NCBI GenBank assembly: GCA_019058295.1
Contig: JAHPZI010000020.1
Coordinates: forward strand, 1-42,621
Direction of reading: 5' to 3'
DNA length: 42,621 nucleotides
From: Promethearchaeota archaeon
Lineage (GTDB): Archaea > Asgardarchaeota > Lokiarchaeia > Sigyniarchaeales > SOKP01
The position numbers were made by a program, and so were the translations under genes. The notes beneath the pieces are model-generated. The model saw only the letters and a program-made list of their open reading frames with translations. It had not been told where the DNA came from and did not search any database. Below, piece by piece: positions 1 through 9,831 of this stretch (position 1 is the stretch's first letter; each line of letters opens with the position of its first letter).

Positions 1-1053
1 CTCATAAATTCCATACCCATAATCATCACCTTGATAGAGATCCCATCCCGTTGCAACTATTATCGTTCCAACCTCTAATTCAACGATTTCGTCCTGCATA
101 CTGAAATCTATTGCTTCTGTTTCGCAAGCATCTTTACATGCAAAACATTCTACGCAAGAATTTCTGACTATATCAGAAACCGCAGGAACCGCCTGAGCAA
201 AAGCTATGTCAATTACTTTCCTTGCAGATAAGTTTTCGTCAAAATAATTAGGTACGTATATTGGACACACTTCTGTACATGCTCCACACCCCGTACACAA
301 CTCCTCATTGACGAATCGACTTTTTCGCTTAACTTTTACGTTAAAATTTCCAATATATCCATCCACTTCTATAACTTCACTATAAGATAAAATATCAATA
401 TTAGGATGGCGTTCTGTCTCTAACATTTTTGGTCCCAATATTCATATTGAACAATCATCTGTTGGGAATGTCCTATCAAGCTGAGACATTCTTCCTCCGG
501 TTGTGGTATTTTTTTCAATTAAATATACCTTATACCCTGCATCTCCTAGATCAATAGCTGCGGATAAACCAGCAATACCCCCACCAATTACTAAGGCAAC
601 TGGTTTTACTGGTACAACTTTTATTGGAATATCTTCTAATAATCTAGCCCTTGAAACTCCCGCCTTGATTAACTCAATTGCTTTATTATCTGCTTTATCT
701 CTTATTTCTGGATCTTGATGTACATAACTGCAATGTTCTCTAATATTTACAAATTCTAAATATCTCTGTGGCAGACCTGCTTCCTTCAAAATTGCATGAA
801 AGACAGGTTGGTGGGTTAATGGAGTGCATGCAACGACTACTATTCGATTAAAGTCCCTTTCCTTGATCTGTTCTTTAATATATTCAGAACCTCCTGAGGT
901 ACACATATTTAGATATTCATAGGCCCAGACATTTTCTAATTTATCGATTTCTCGTACTATTTTTGGAACATCTAGAATTCCAGCAATGTTAATTCCTCAG
1001 CGGCACACGAAAACACCAATTTTCAAATCTTCTATGGTCTGATTTTCAGACAA
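1..1053 (-). CDS. hdrA: Heterodisulfide reductase subunit A (FAD/[4Fe-4S]), predicted selenoprotein with two in-frame UGA; 3' end lies outside the window
   Basis: Reading the minus strand from TTG 1051-1053 gives ...KIGVFVCR-TGA(997-999)-GINIAG..., then the tracked 442..906 segment (VVAACTP, NIREHCS, Rossmann VIGGGIAG), then ...TFPTDDCSI-TGA(442-444)-ILGPKM...CTGCGACTEVCP...CVECFACKDAC...GTIIVATG. The frame is continuous to position 1. Confidence 0.95.
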
Positions 1054-1229
1054 TTTTTTCACTTTTTTTAGTTATAACCTTATATTATTATTCTAAAATT
1101 ATATTGATGATTATGTTAATAGTTCTATCATTATAAAAATAATTATTATAAATAATTGCTATTTAAATAAATTCTAATCTTAGAAGACGAGATACTTAAA
1201 ATAAAAAAAAATAAAATAAAAAAGATTAA

Positions 1230-1772
1230 TTATTTGCTTTCATAATCTTCAATTATTTCGCCAAATAACCGCTTTACTGCATCGATACGACTCTCTTCAC
1301 CAATTTGCTCTACGTCTTTGAGCGAAATAGCTTCCTTAGGGCAAACAGCAATACATTGAGGTTCTCTTTTTCCAACTTCTGGATCAATAAATTCCTCTTT
1401 CATAGTCTCGCATAGATCGCAGATTAGTGCTTTCTGGGTCTCCATATGAAACGAGATTACTCCAAAATCGCAGCCACGGATGCAAAATCCACATCCATTG
1501 CATTTCTCATCATCAATCAGTATGGAACCTGTGTCAGGATCTTTTTCAAGAGCATGTTCGGGGCAAGCTCTAATACATGGAGCATCTTCACATTTTTGGC
1601 ATGCGAGAGCAATATTAAAGACTGGTTCTATTCGAACTCTATGAATTCGGGCGTTAATTGGTTGAAATTCTCCGTCGTGTACAAATGAACAAACGCTCTC
1701 ACAGGTTTCACAACCTGTACAGAGGTTCGGATCAACAATGATAAAGCTATGCACCTTTTTCTTAGTCGCCAT
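1230..1772 (-). CDS. Multi-[4Fe-4S] electron-transfer subunit (DmsB/HydN-like), partner of AOR
   Basis: Motifs CTGCETCESVC, CQKCEDAPCIRACP, CNGCGFCIRGC and CDLC...CIAVCP. The AOR stop directly abuts this ATG (TAAATG on the minus strand). Confidence 0.9.
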   Translation of the reverse strand: MATKKKVHSFIIVDPNLCTGCETCESVCSFVHDGEFQPINARIHRVRIEPVFNIALACQKCEDAPCIRACPEHALEKDPDTGSILIDDEKCNGCGFCIRGCDFGVISFHMETQKALICDLCETMKEEFIDPEVGKREPQCIAVCPKEAISLKDVEQIGEESRIDAVKRLFGEIIEDYESK

Positions 1773-3695
1773 TTATTTCTTTCCTCCGCTCTTCTCTAAT
1801 TTCCCAATAACAAAATCTAATCCTAATTTCTTTAAAGTTTCATCAGTAGGAATCCCTGTATTTTCGTCCCATTCTCTTGCTTTATAATAGCCTGATAACA
1901 ATGTCTGATATCCTTTTTCCTCTAAAGTAACTCCCTTTGTAGGACCTCTAGTGTGAGCTTGCTTGAAAAACCTTTCTGGTGGATGATCATCATCTCTTGT
2001 CCAGCCTGCTCTTACGTTGAAACATTTTGAAAGAGTCACTATTGCATCTCCCCTCAATAGGAGAGTTTCATCAGTATGAGGAATACCTGTAACAAGTTCG
2101 AATACTTTAGCCATCTCAGCGTCATTCTCATAAATTCCTCTTGTGAATTTGCAAATAATATAGGAGTCTATTAATGCATATACATCTTCAAGTCCTTTTA
2201 TGGCTTTTCCTCTCTCAACAGGTTTATCATAGCCAAATCTATCAAATGTTCCTTTAGCATCTAATCCATACGCACCATTCCTTAAATGACATGCACCTCG
2301 TATTGAAACACTTTCTCCAACAGCAAACGAAGACATTCCATGGAGGTCAAATGCTGGCAGTTCTAATCCTTTTATTTGCATTGCATAAAAACTTGCGTTC
2401 TTTCTACCCTTTTCTTCAAGCCTTCTTCCAGCTTCTCTAGAACCATCACCAAAGATCTCACCAGGAAAACCTTTCCCTAGAATCATTTCTTCATTAAATC
2501 GAACTAGATTTTTAGTTGAGCCAAATGGTAATTCATATCCTAAATCGTCTTTTGTAATTAACCCATCTTCATATAGATCACATGCCATCGCACATGTAAC
2601 TCCTCCCGAAATAGCATCAATTCCTAGATCATCGCATTGAGTAATACATTTAAAAATAGTTGGCCAATCAGCATTACCACACGCTGTACCATATCCATAT
2701 ACTAATTCAACGTCAACACTTGCTACAAGATTTGGATAATCAGGATGGGTTTTAGGGATTCTTGCTAAATGATCACATGCAATTGAACATTGAGAACATG
2801 CGACTTTTTTTACAATCCACTCTTCATTTAAAACTTCTCCATTTACTATACTTTCGCACTTGTCCCAGGTGCCTTCACGCATATTATTTATAGGAAACAT
2901 ACCAAGTTTATTATAACTGAGGATTCCAGCGGGCGTACCTTGATCACGATATTTTGCTGTCGCAGGACCATTGGCAACTTTAATTAGCTTCTTAGCAAGT
3001 TTATAAAATTCTACTGGATGTGCAACTTTGGTTCCTTTTGTACCTCTAAAAGCTATAGCTTTAAGGTTTTTAGAACCCATTACAGCACCCATTCCAGTTC
3101 TTCCAGCTTGACGATTTCTATCGTTTGTAATGCAAGCCATTTTAGACATTCTTTCACCTGCTGGGCCAATACTTAATACAGCAAGTCTTTGATCTTGAAA
3201 TTCCTCTCTTATTATTTCTTCTGTTTCCCAGCATCCTTTTCCCCATACTATATCTTTACAAGGTACTAAATATCTGTCATCATCATCAACCACGAGATAA
3301 ACGGGTTCAGGAGCCTTTCCTTTAAACACAATCATATTAATTCCTGCTCTTCTTGCTTGAGCACCAACACTTCCTGAGGAGATAGCCATCCCAAACATTC
3401 CAGTTAACGGAGATTTTGCAAATAAACCATATTTAGAGCTTGTTGGTAAGATCGTTGTAGGAAAAGGACCTTGTGCGTAGACAAAAACATTGTCCGGACT
3501 TAATGGGTCAACACCTGGTTTTAATTCGTCCCATAAAACCTTAGCAGCAAAACCATATCCCCCAATCCAGTCTCGACAGAACTCTTTGGAGAGAGTTGAT
3601 TCTTTAATTTCTCCACTCGTTAAGTCAACATCTAATCTAACCTGAGAATAACCGTGTATATCGTCTGGAATTGTTACATCTTTGGACTTACTCAT
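1773..3695 (-). CDS. aor: Tungsten-dependent aldehyde:ferredoxin oxidoreductase family protein
   Basis: AKSPLTG, AGRTGMGAVMGSKNLKAIA, CSQCSIAC, DDLGIDAIS, RGACHL and ICKF motifs. ATG at 3693-3695 is preferred; the tracked GTG at 3704 looks like part of the RBS. Confidence 0.93.
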   Translation of the reverse strand: MSKSKDVTIPDDIHGYSQVRLDVDLTSGEIKESTLSKEFCRDWIGGYGFAAKVLWDELKPGVDPLSPDNVFVYAQGPFPTTILPTSSKYGLFAKSPLTGMFGMAISSGSVGAQARRAGINMIVFKGKAPEPVYLVVDDDDRYLVPCKDIVWGKGCWETEEIIREEFQDQRLAVLSIGPAGERMSKMACITNDRNRQAGRTGMGAVMGSKNLKAIAFRGTKGTKVAHPVEFYKLAKKLIKVANGPATAKYRDQGTPAGILSYNKLGMFPINNMREGTWDKCESIVNGEVLNEEWIVKKVACSQCSIACDHLARIPKTHPDYPNLVASVDVELVYGYGTACGNADWPTIFKCITQCDDLGIDAISGGVTCAMACDLYEDGLITKDDLGYELPFGSTKNLVRFNEEMILGKGFPGEIFGDGSREAGRRLEEKGRKNASFYAMQIKGLELPAFDLHGMSSFAVGESVSIRGACHLRNGAYGLDAKGTFDRFGYDKPVERGKAIKGLEDVYALIDSYIICKFTRGIYENDAEMAKVFELVTGIPHTDETLLLRGDAIVTLSKCFNVRAGWTRDDDHPPERFFKQAHTRGPTKGVTLEEKGYQTLLSGYYKAREWDENTGIPTDETLKKLGLDFVIGKLEKSGGKK

Positions 3696-3875
3696 GATTT
3701 TCACATTTTCTAAAAATTTTTAAAATTATATTTATAATAGAATTGTATTTCTTTTAATGTTGTTTGTTAATTTGAATAATGTATATTTTTATCAATATTT
3801 AATCATATGTTAAGATCTAATTTAAAATTCCCATTTTCCATAATTTCAAAAAGAACAAAATCTAATAAAAAAAAA

Positions 3876-4745
3876 TTACTTTTTTGGATGCCCTAAACTA
3901 CAGATTTTAAGACATACGCTACAATAATTATTATTCAGTAAGCTTGCAATGCATTTCGGGCGATCTATATGTGTGAATACACCAGAATCTTTTACCTTCT
4001 CAATTGGTTTCTCAAGAACAGCACCTCCTCTACAATTCTTTATGCAAGCCCCACATTTATCACAGAAATCTTTCATTTCGCTAAAATCCCTTTTAACACT
4101 TTTTGGAATCTCTGCATCAGTAGAAATTACGCTCCATCTTTGACGAGGTCCAAATTCTGGTGTAATAACAAGTCCATTTCTTCCCATTATTCCAAGATTA
4201 GCGGCGACAGCATGAGCAGTAAATAAAAGTTTACCTCCAAATGGATGATGAGCCTCTGATTTATAACCTTGCTCTTTTAAATAATTTGTTAATTCAATAG
4301 TCCTATTTCCTAATTCTTTATATACTCTAAACGCTTCAATTGCGCCATCAACACTGGGAGCTGTCTTAATTTTATCCCATTTCATTTCCATACCGAGAAC
4401 AATACCATTTTTACCATAGATTTTGAGATTTTTAAAAACATAATTTGGATCTATAGGAGTATATCCTATTAGGTCAATTCCAAGTTCTTTTGCTTTATTT
4501 TCAAAATTTTGCCAGAATTCAGGTGTAGTTTCCGTTTTAACGTTATTTTCATTTCCATCTTTGGTTTTTTGAGCCGCTTGAAATCCTTTAAAAGTTTCTT
4601 TAATATATTTACCAAATACTTTTGCAGTTTCGGGATCCAACCTTTTTCCAGGAGACATTTTCATTCTAAATAGTTCAATTGGTACAACAAAAACGAGTCC
4701 ATCATTATTCCCTACATATGTGGGTTTTAATTCTTCAGAAGCCAC
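3876..4745 (-). CDS. Reductive dehalogenase/epoxyqueuosine reductase-like cobalamin and 2x[4Fe-4S] protein
   Basis: AVAANLGIMGRNGLVITPEFGPRQR..ISTD motif, FCDKCGACIKNC and C-x9-CSVCLKIC. No Tat signal is visible. Confidence 0.8.
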   Translation of the reverse strand: MASEELKPTYVGNNDGLVFVVPIELFRMKMSPGKRLDPETAKVFGKYIKETFKGFQAAQKTKDGNENNVKTETTPEFWQNFENKAKELGIDLIGYTPIDPNYVFKNLKIYGKNGIVLGMEMKWDKIKTAPSVDGAIEAFRVYKELGNRTIELTNYLKEQGYKSEAHHPFGGKLLFTAHAVAANLGIMGRNGLVITPEFGPRQRWSVISTDAEIPKSVKRDFSEMKDFCDKCGACIKNCRGGAVLEKPIEKVKDSGVFTHIDRPKCIASLLNNNYCSVCLKICSLGHPKK

Positions 4746-4850
4746 GTTATTATCCTCACTATTAGATAATAATCAAATTTTTACTGTTTATTATATTTGA
4801 ATGAAAATTAAAGCAGATTAAAAATTTTAAGAAAAATAAACAAGAGTTTT

Positions 4851-7229
4851 TTATTCATTTGTTTTAGCAGCTAATTTTTTGTTTTTACCGGCCAATTTTG
4901 AGCCTCGTTTCTTTTTAGCTCTTTTATATAAAATCACTAAAACAGCAATAATTCCAACCACAATACAAACGACAACGATAACTGTTGTTATGAATATTAT
5001 ATCTGTGTCGCAGTCATTATCTTCAATGACATTGCCCTCACAGATGTCTTGGTAAATACATTCTTTATTTCCTTTAAAGGTATTTTCCCTTATAGTATTA
5101 TCATCACTTATATACAAAAATATTCCATATTCTCCATTATCTTCTATTGTATTTTTTTCTATGGTGTTATCATCGCTTAAAAATAAATGTATCCCATTTT
5201 CATCATTATCATTAACAGTGTTATCTTTGATTTTATTATCATTGCTATTACGTAAATATATTCCATCATCTTCATTATCATTTACTTCGTTATCTATAAT
5301 CTCATTATCATCGCAAGTGGATAAAAAGATTCCATTATTACCGTTCTCATTTGCTTCATTATCCTCGAGGGTATTATCATCACTAGTCGACAGATAGATT
5401 CCGTTATTGCCGTTATCGTTTGCCTCATTACTCTCAATGGTATTATCACCGCTTGCAGATATGTATACTCCATTATCTCCATTTGAATTTGCCAAATTAT
5501 TTGAAATTGTAGAGGAAGAGCAATAACTTATATGTATCCCTTTAAAAACGTTATAACATGCGCTATTTCCAATAATAGTAGCAAGAATGCAGGAATATAA
5601 TTTTAAACCAGCATAATTATTATAATTAATTTGAAGGTTTGAAGAAACTGTAGCATAATCACAATCAGATAAATATATACCATAACGATAGTTAGAGTTA
5701 GCTACATTTCCAGAAATTTGAATGGAATCACTATTTTCAACATATATTCCATGATAATTACTGTACGCAGTATTTTTAGAAGCAGTTATTCCCCCACTAT
5801 TTTTAAAAAATATCCCATCTTTACTATTTTCATATGCGGTATTATCATCTACTTCTAAATTATTTTCATTTTCAAAATAAAACCCATCTTCATTATTATT
5901 CCCGGTACTACTTAAAACCTTATTGATATCACCATCAGCTAAATATATCCCATATTTTCTATTTCTTTCTGTCTTGCATTCTTCGATTGTATTATTAATC
6001 CCTTCATATATATATATCCCGTGGTAATGATTATACGATGAAGTAATATTCGAAAGCGTGTTATTATGGGAATGATATAAGGAAATCCCGATTGAATTGT
6101 AAGAAACATCATTTCCTATTGAATTATGAGAAACAATACTTGATTTAGTGCAATTGATTAAAATAATTTGACCAGCATTCGTAAAATTATTTGAAACTAA
6201 TTTTGTCTCATTGGTGTAATAATACAAAGGCTTATTATTCACTATATTTGTACTGTCCATAGTATTTGAAGTCATAAGTTTAATTGAAGCTTCGGTAATC
6301 ATTATTCCACATAAGGTCATATTGTTTCCCAAAACAAGGTTATTATAACTGAAGTATAAATATATCCCATTATTATAGTTTTGAAATGCAGTGTTATTTA
6401 AGATTTTTGTATAATTGCTGCGTTCTATATTTATCCCATGCAAACCATTATTATCGACTCTATTATCAAAAATGGTATTATTATTTCCTCTTACTAAATG
6501 TATTCCATTGTTTGAATTTTCACTTACATTGTTTTTAATTATTGTAATATTGTTGCATTGGTTTATATATATCCCGTTATGGTTATTCTGGGTAATATTG
6601 TTATCCGTTATGTCAGTGAAATTGCTGTTTAAAAGGTTAATGCCATCTCTATTATAGTTTAATGAATTTCCTGAAATTGTGTTATTAGTACAATTTTCCA
6701 TATATATTCCAAAATAGTTAGTGGTACAATTACTATTAATGATTGTTCCGTTGTTCACATTGATCAATTTAATTCCGGCATTTGAACTCCCTGAACCAGA
6801 ATTAATTATCGTACAGTTTTCAATCCTAAAATACTTGCTAGAATTTCCAATAAGGACACCATTATCTAAGCTACCATCGATAATAATAACATCCTCGATA
6901 ACATATGGATTTCCTGGGGTACCTGCTCCATCACACCAATCAGTATCATTTGCATCAAGCCAAGTCATTGCCCCAGGGGTTCCTCCACTATCATCAATTG
7001 TAATATTAGTTAGCTCCCAACTTCCCGAAGGTTTAGGTGCTTTCAAAATAAGCTCTGATTTGACATCCAAATCTTTGTTTTGATCTATTTGAACACTATT
7101 GAAATTAATATAATAACTAGGAAATGTTAGGAAAATGATACCCAATATTAATAATAATAATTTTATTTTCGATGTCCGTTTCAATTTTAATCTATTGAAA
7201 TTGAAATTTTGATAATTTATTCTATTCAA
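4851..7229 (-). CDS. Membrane-anchored cell-surface protein with NosD/CASH right-handed parallel beta-helix repeats
   Basis: N-terminal hydrophobic segment, many GIYL..S..N.I..N repeats of about 22 aa, and a C-terminal TM helix followed by a Lys-rich tail. Confidence 0.88.
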   Translation of the reverse strand: MNRINYQNFNFNRLKLKRTSKIKLLLLILGIIFLTFPSYYINFNSVQIDQNKDLDVKSELILKAPKPSGSWELTNITIDDSGGTPGAMTWLDANDTDWCDGAGTPGNPYVIEDVIIIDGSLDNGVLIGNSSKYFRIENCTIINSGSGSSNAGIKLINVNNGTIINSNCTTNYFGIYMENCTNNTISGNSLNYNRDGINLLNSNFTDITDNNITQNNHNGIYINQCNNITIIKNNVSENSNNGIHLVRGNNNTIFDNRVDNNGLHGINIERSNYTKILNNTAFQNYNNGIYLYFSYNNLVLGNNMTLCGIMITEASIKLMTSNTMDSTNIVNNKPLYYYTNETKLVSNNFTNAGQIILINCTKSSIVSHNSIGNDVSYNSIGISLYHSHNNTLSNITSSYNHYHGIYIYEGINNTIEECKTERNRKYGIYLADGDINKVLSSTGNNNEDGFYFENENNLEVDDNTAYENSKDGIFFKNSGGITASKNTAYSNYHGIYVENSDSIQISGNVANSNYRYGIYLSDCDYATVSSNLQINYNNYAGLKLYSCILATIIGNSACYNVFKGIHISYCSSSTISNNLANSNGDNGVYISASGDNTIESNEANDNGNNGIYLSTSDDNTLEDNEANENGNNGIFLSTCDDNEIIDNEVNDNEDDGIYLRNSNDNKIKDNTVNDNDENGIHLFLSDDNTIEKNTIEDNGEYGIFLYISDDNTIRENTFKGNKECIYQDICEGNVIEDNDCDTDIIFITTVIVVVCIVVGIIAVLVILYKRAKKKRGSKLAGKNKKLAAKTNE

Positions 7230-7314
7230 TATTAATTTAAAACTTAACTATAATTTAATATTTTTAACGAAATTATTAGTTAAGTCAAGGAAAAAAAAAG
7301 AATTCACCTAATTT

Positions 7315-7830
7315 TTAGCGATTCATCATTTTTCGAACTAATTGAATAAATGCATCTTCAACATTTTCCCCTGTCTTTGCAGACGTCTCAATAAATATTG
7401 AATTTTCTTTTTCTGCAAATTCTTGGGCCTCGCTTTTTTCTATAATCTCACCAATATCTTCAACTAAGTCGGCTTTATTTCCAATTAATACAAAAGGAAT
7501 ATTATTTCCAGCAAATTGGCGAAATTCTTCAAGCCATTTTCTAATCTCTTTATAAGTTTGATTTCGTGTGAGGTCAAAAACTAAGAGAGCTCCCATTGCC
7601 CCATCGTAAAAACGATTACGCATGAATTTAAATCGTTCTTGGCCACCAATATCCCATATCGTAAGCCTTGCGACACCTTGATCCAATTCCACGGTTTTTG
7701 CTAAAAAATCTACTCCAATAGTCAGTTCATATTTTTCAGAGAATTTATTCTGCACGAATCTATGAAGTAAACTTGTCTTACCGACAGCTGCAGCACCTAT
7801 TAGGACTAATTTAAAGACATATTCCGCCAT
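7315..7830 (-). CDS. Rab-like small GTPase (Ras superfamily; Asgard eukaryotic signature protein)
   Basis: G1 GAAAVGKTS, LTIGVDF, G3 WDIGGQERF, G4 GNKAD and G5 ETSAK. No C-terminal Cys prenylation motif. Confidence 0.93.
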   Translation of the reverse strand: MAEYVFKLVLIGAAAVGKTSLLHRFVQNKFSEKYELTIGVDFLAKTVELDQGVARLTIWDIGGQERFKFMRNRFYDGAMGALLVFDLTRNQTYKEIRKWLEEFRQFAGNNIPFVLIGNKADLVEDIGEIIEKSEAQEFAEKENSIFIETSAKTGENVEDAFIQLVRKMMNR

Positions 7831-7920
7831 AGATCATCTTTAATTTTTAATTAAAATTTATAATTTTCAATGTTTAACGCTATATATTCTTTTTTAAATT
7901 TTTCTTATTCTTTCATTAAA

Positions 7921-8904
7921 TTATTTAGTTCTCATAATTTTTCTTAAGGATTTTATAAAATAATCATTCTCATTCTTAGATCCTATGGTCACTCGAATAT
8001 ATTCTGAACTTAAGGAATAATGATTTGATACATCAGAGACTAGTACATCATGTTCTGCGAGTTTTCTTGCAAGATCATGCATTTTTGATTTCATTAAAAA
8101 AAAATTTGTATAACTTGGGTAAACTATTAAATCCATATCTGATACTAGACTCATTATTCTCTTTTTTTCTTGAGCAATTTCTTCAATATATTTAATCATA
8201 TAATCAACATTATCTAAGGCATGGATTGCAGCAATTACGCTTGGAGATGGAAGCATTATATCAAGCCCTTCAAATTTTTTTTGAATTATCTCCCCGGCGA
8301 TTAAATATCCTATTCCTGATCCTGCTAAACCAAACGATTTACTTAAAGTTCTTGATACAGCTAAATTTGGATAATCCTTTATCAAATTAGCGAAAGATAT
8401 TTTTGAAAATTCAAAATATGCCTCGTCTATTAATAAAATCACATTTTCATTTTCTGAAATCATTTCAACATCTTTTTGGTTTAAAAGTAGACTTCCTGTA
8501 GGATTATTTGGATTATCCAATACGATTAACGTTGGTTTATTAATCTCATCGATAAGCGATTCTATTGAGAGTTTAAATTGGGGTTCTCTTAATCTTATTT
8601 TTAATAGTGGAGAAGAAGTTTTTTGAGCAGCATTGGTAATTAAAAAAAATGTAGGGTCGGCTATGATAATTTCTCTTTCCCTTGAAAAAAGAAAAATAAA
8701 TTCTTTAATTAAAATATCTGAGCCCGAGCTTAAAATTATTGAATTTTCAGGTGCTTTTGAATAATCTGATATTAATTTAACTAATTTATTGACTTCACTT
8801 TGGGGCGTGTAGCGGTTTATATTTTCAATATTAAGTTTCACAGCTTCAATAATCTCATCTGGGGGGGGGTTAGGCATTTCATTTTTATCTAACTCAATTT
8901 TCAT
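7921..8904 (-). CDS. PLP-dependent class I/II aminotransferase, histidinol-phosphate aminotransferase-like
   Basis: LDKNEMP, NRY, DNPNNPTG, IDEAYFEF and SRTLSKSFGLAG. ATG (MKIELD) preceded by GGAG is preferred over the tracked TTG. Confidence 0.85.
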   Translation of the reverse strand: MKIELDKNEMPNPPPDEIIEAVKLNIENINRYTPQSEVNKLVKLISDYSKAPENSIILSSGSDILIKEFIFLFSREREIIIADPTFFLITNAAQKTSSPLLKIRLREPQFKLSIESLIDEINKPTLIVLDNPNNPTGSLLLNQKDVEMISENENVILLIDEAYFEFSKISFANLIKDYPNLAVSRTLSKSFGLAGSGIGYLIAGEIIQKKFEGLDIMLPSPSVIAAIHALDNVDYMIKYIEEIAQEKKRIMSLVSDMDLIVYPSYTNFFLMKSKMHDLARKLAEHDVLVSDVSNHYSLSSEYIRVTIGSKNENDYFIKSLRKIMRTK

Positions 8905-8955
8905 AGAATTAACTCCAACACATAAGAGCAATTTATTATTTTTAATTTAGCTAAT

Positions 8956-9801
8956 TTAATCTAAATCATTTAAAATTGCATCCATTCTTTCTTTTATTGC
9001 GTCTTTCACAATTGGTTGCTTATGAGTAAATATATAGAATTTTTCTTCCCTAATTTCTTCAAAAATAATATCAGCAGCCTGTTCGGGGGTTATTCCAGGT
9101 GATTCTTCTGACACAAATTTAACTTTAGCTATGATTTCTTCAGAATTAATATCTCGAACTGTGATTTGTCTGTCATCTTGATATTCCGATGGACGATTAA
9201 GCCAATTAGAAAAAATATTTGTGCGAACATAACCAGGACATATAACAGATACTTTAATCTTTGAATTAATTTTATCTAAATCAAGTTTCAAAGACTCAGT
9301 AAGTCCGATAATACCAAATTTGCTAGTCACATAAGCAGCACCACCCAGTAATCCAGTTATTAATCCCTCTAATGATGCTGTATTAATAATATGACAATCA
9401 GTATTTTGTTCTAGCATGATTGGTACAAAGATCCTAATTCCATTAATAACACCCCATAAATTTACATTTAAAATCCATTCCCAATCTTTCTGAGTAAACT
9501 CCCAAGTATTTCCGGGAATGCCTATGCCAGCGTTATTGATTACTAAATCAATCTTTCCGTACGTTTGTAATGTTTTCTGAGCTAATTTTTCTACATCTAC
9601 ACTCTTAGATACATCTGTTTCAATAATTGAGAATGCATTCCCAATCTTTTCTAACTTTCTTTTCGCTTTTCTTAAGGCTTTGGTATTATAATCTGCAACC
9701 ATAACTTTCATTCCTTCTGTTAAACATTTCTGAGCTAGAGCTAAACCTATACCACTTGCGGCACCAGTTATTACCGCAATTTTATCTTTAAATTCTTTCA
9801 T
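8956..9801 (-). CDS. Short-chain dehydrogenase/reductase (classical SDR)
   Basis: TGAASGIG, NNAGI, catalytic YVTSK, CPGYVRT. Confidence 0.92.
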   Translation of the reverse strand: MKEFKDKIAVITGAASGIGLALAQKCLTEGMKVMVADYNTKALRKAKRKLEKIGNAFSIIETDVSKSVDVEKLAQKTLQTYGKIDLVINNAGIGIPGNTWEFTQKDWEWILNVNLWGVINGIRIFVPIMLEQNTDCHIINTASLEGLITGLLGGAAYVTSKFGIIGLTESLKLDLDKINSKIKVSVICPGYVRTNIFSNWLNRPSEYQDDRQITVRDINSEEIIAKVKFVSEESPGITPEQAADIIFEEIREEKFYIFTHKQPIVKDAIKERMDAILNDLD

Positions 9802-9831
9802 AATTACACATCTATTTTATATTTATTTTAA

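Noticed and set aside
503-718. Short nested, antisense or alternative-frame ORFs in the track (e.g. 503..718, 1446..1688, 6721..7083, 20454..20864, 32917..33228, 37828..38130, 40047..40325)
   Set aside because: They overlap well-supported genes and have no recognisable motifs.
442-906. Tracked 154-aa ORF as a complete protein or hdrA pseudogene
   Set aside because: It is the segment between two UGA codons that both sit at conserved Cys sites; the frame is otherwise intact on both sides.
1060-1229. SECIS element in the hdrA upstream spacer
   Set aside because: An AUGA...UCAU pairing exists, but I see no GA/GA kink-turn with a proper upper stem. The expected 3' UTR location is outside the window.
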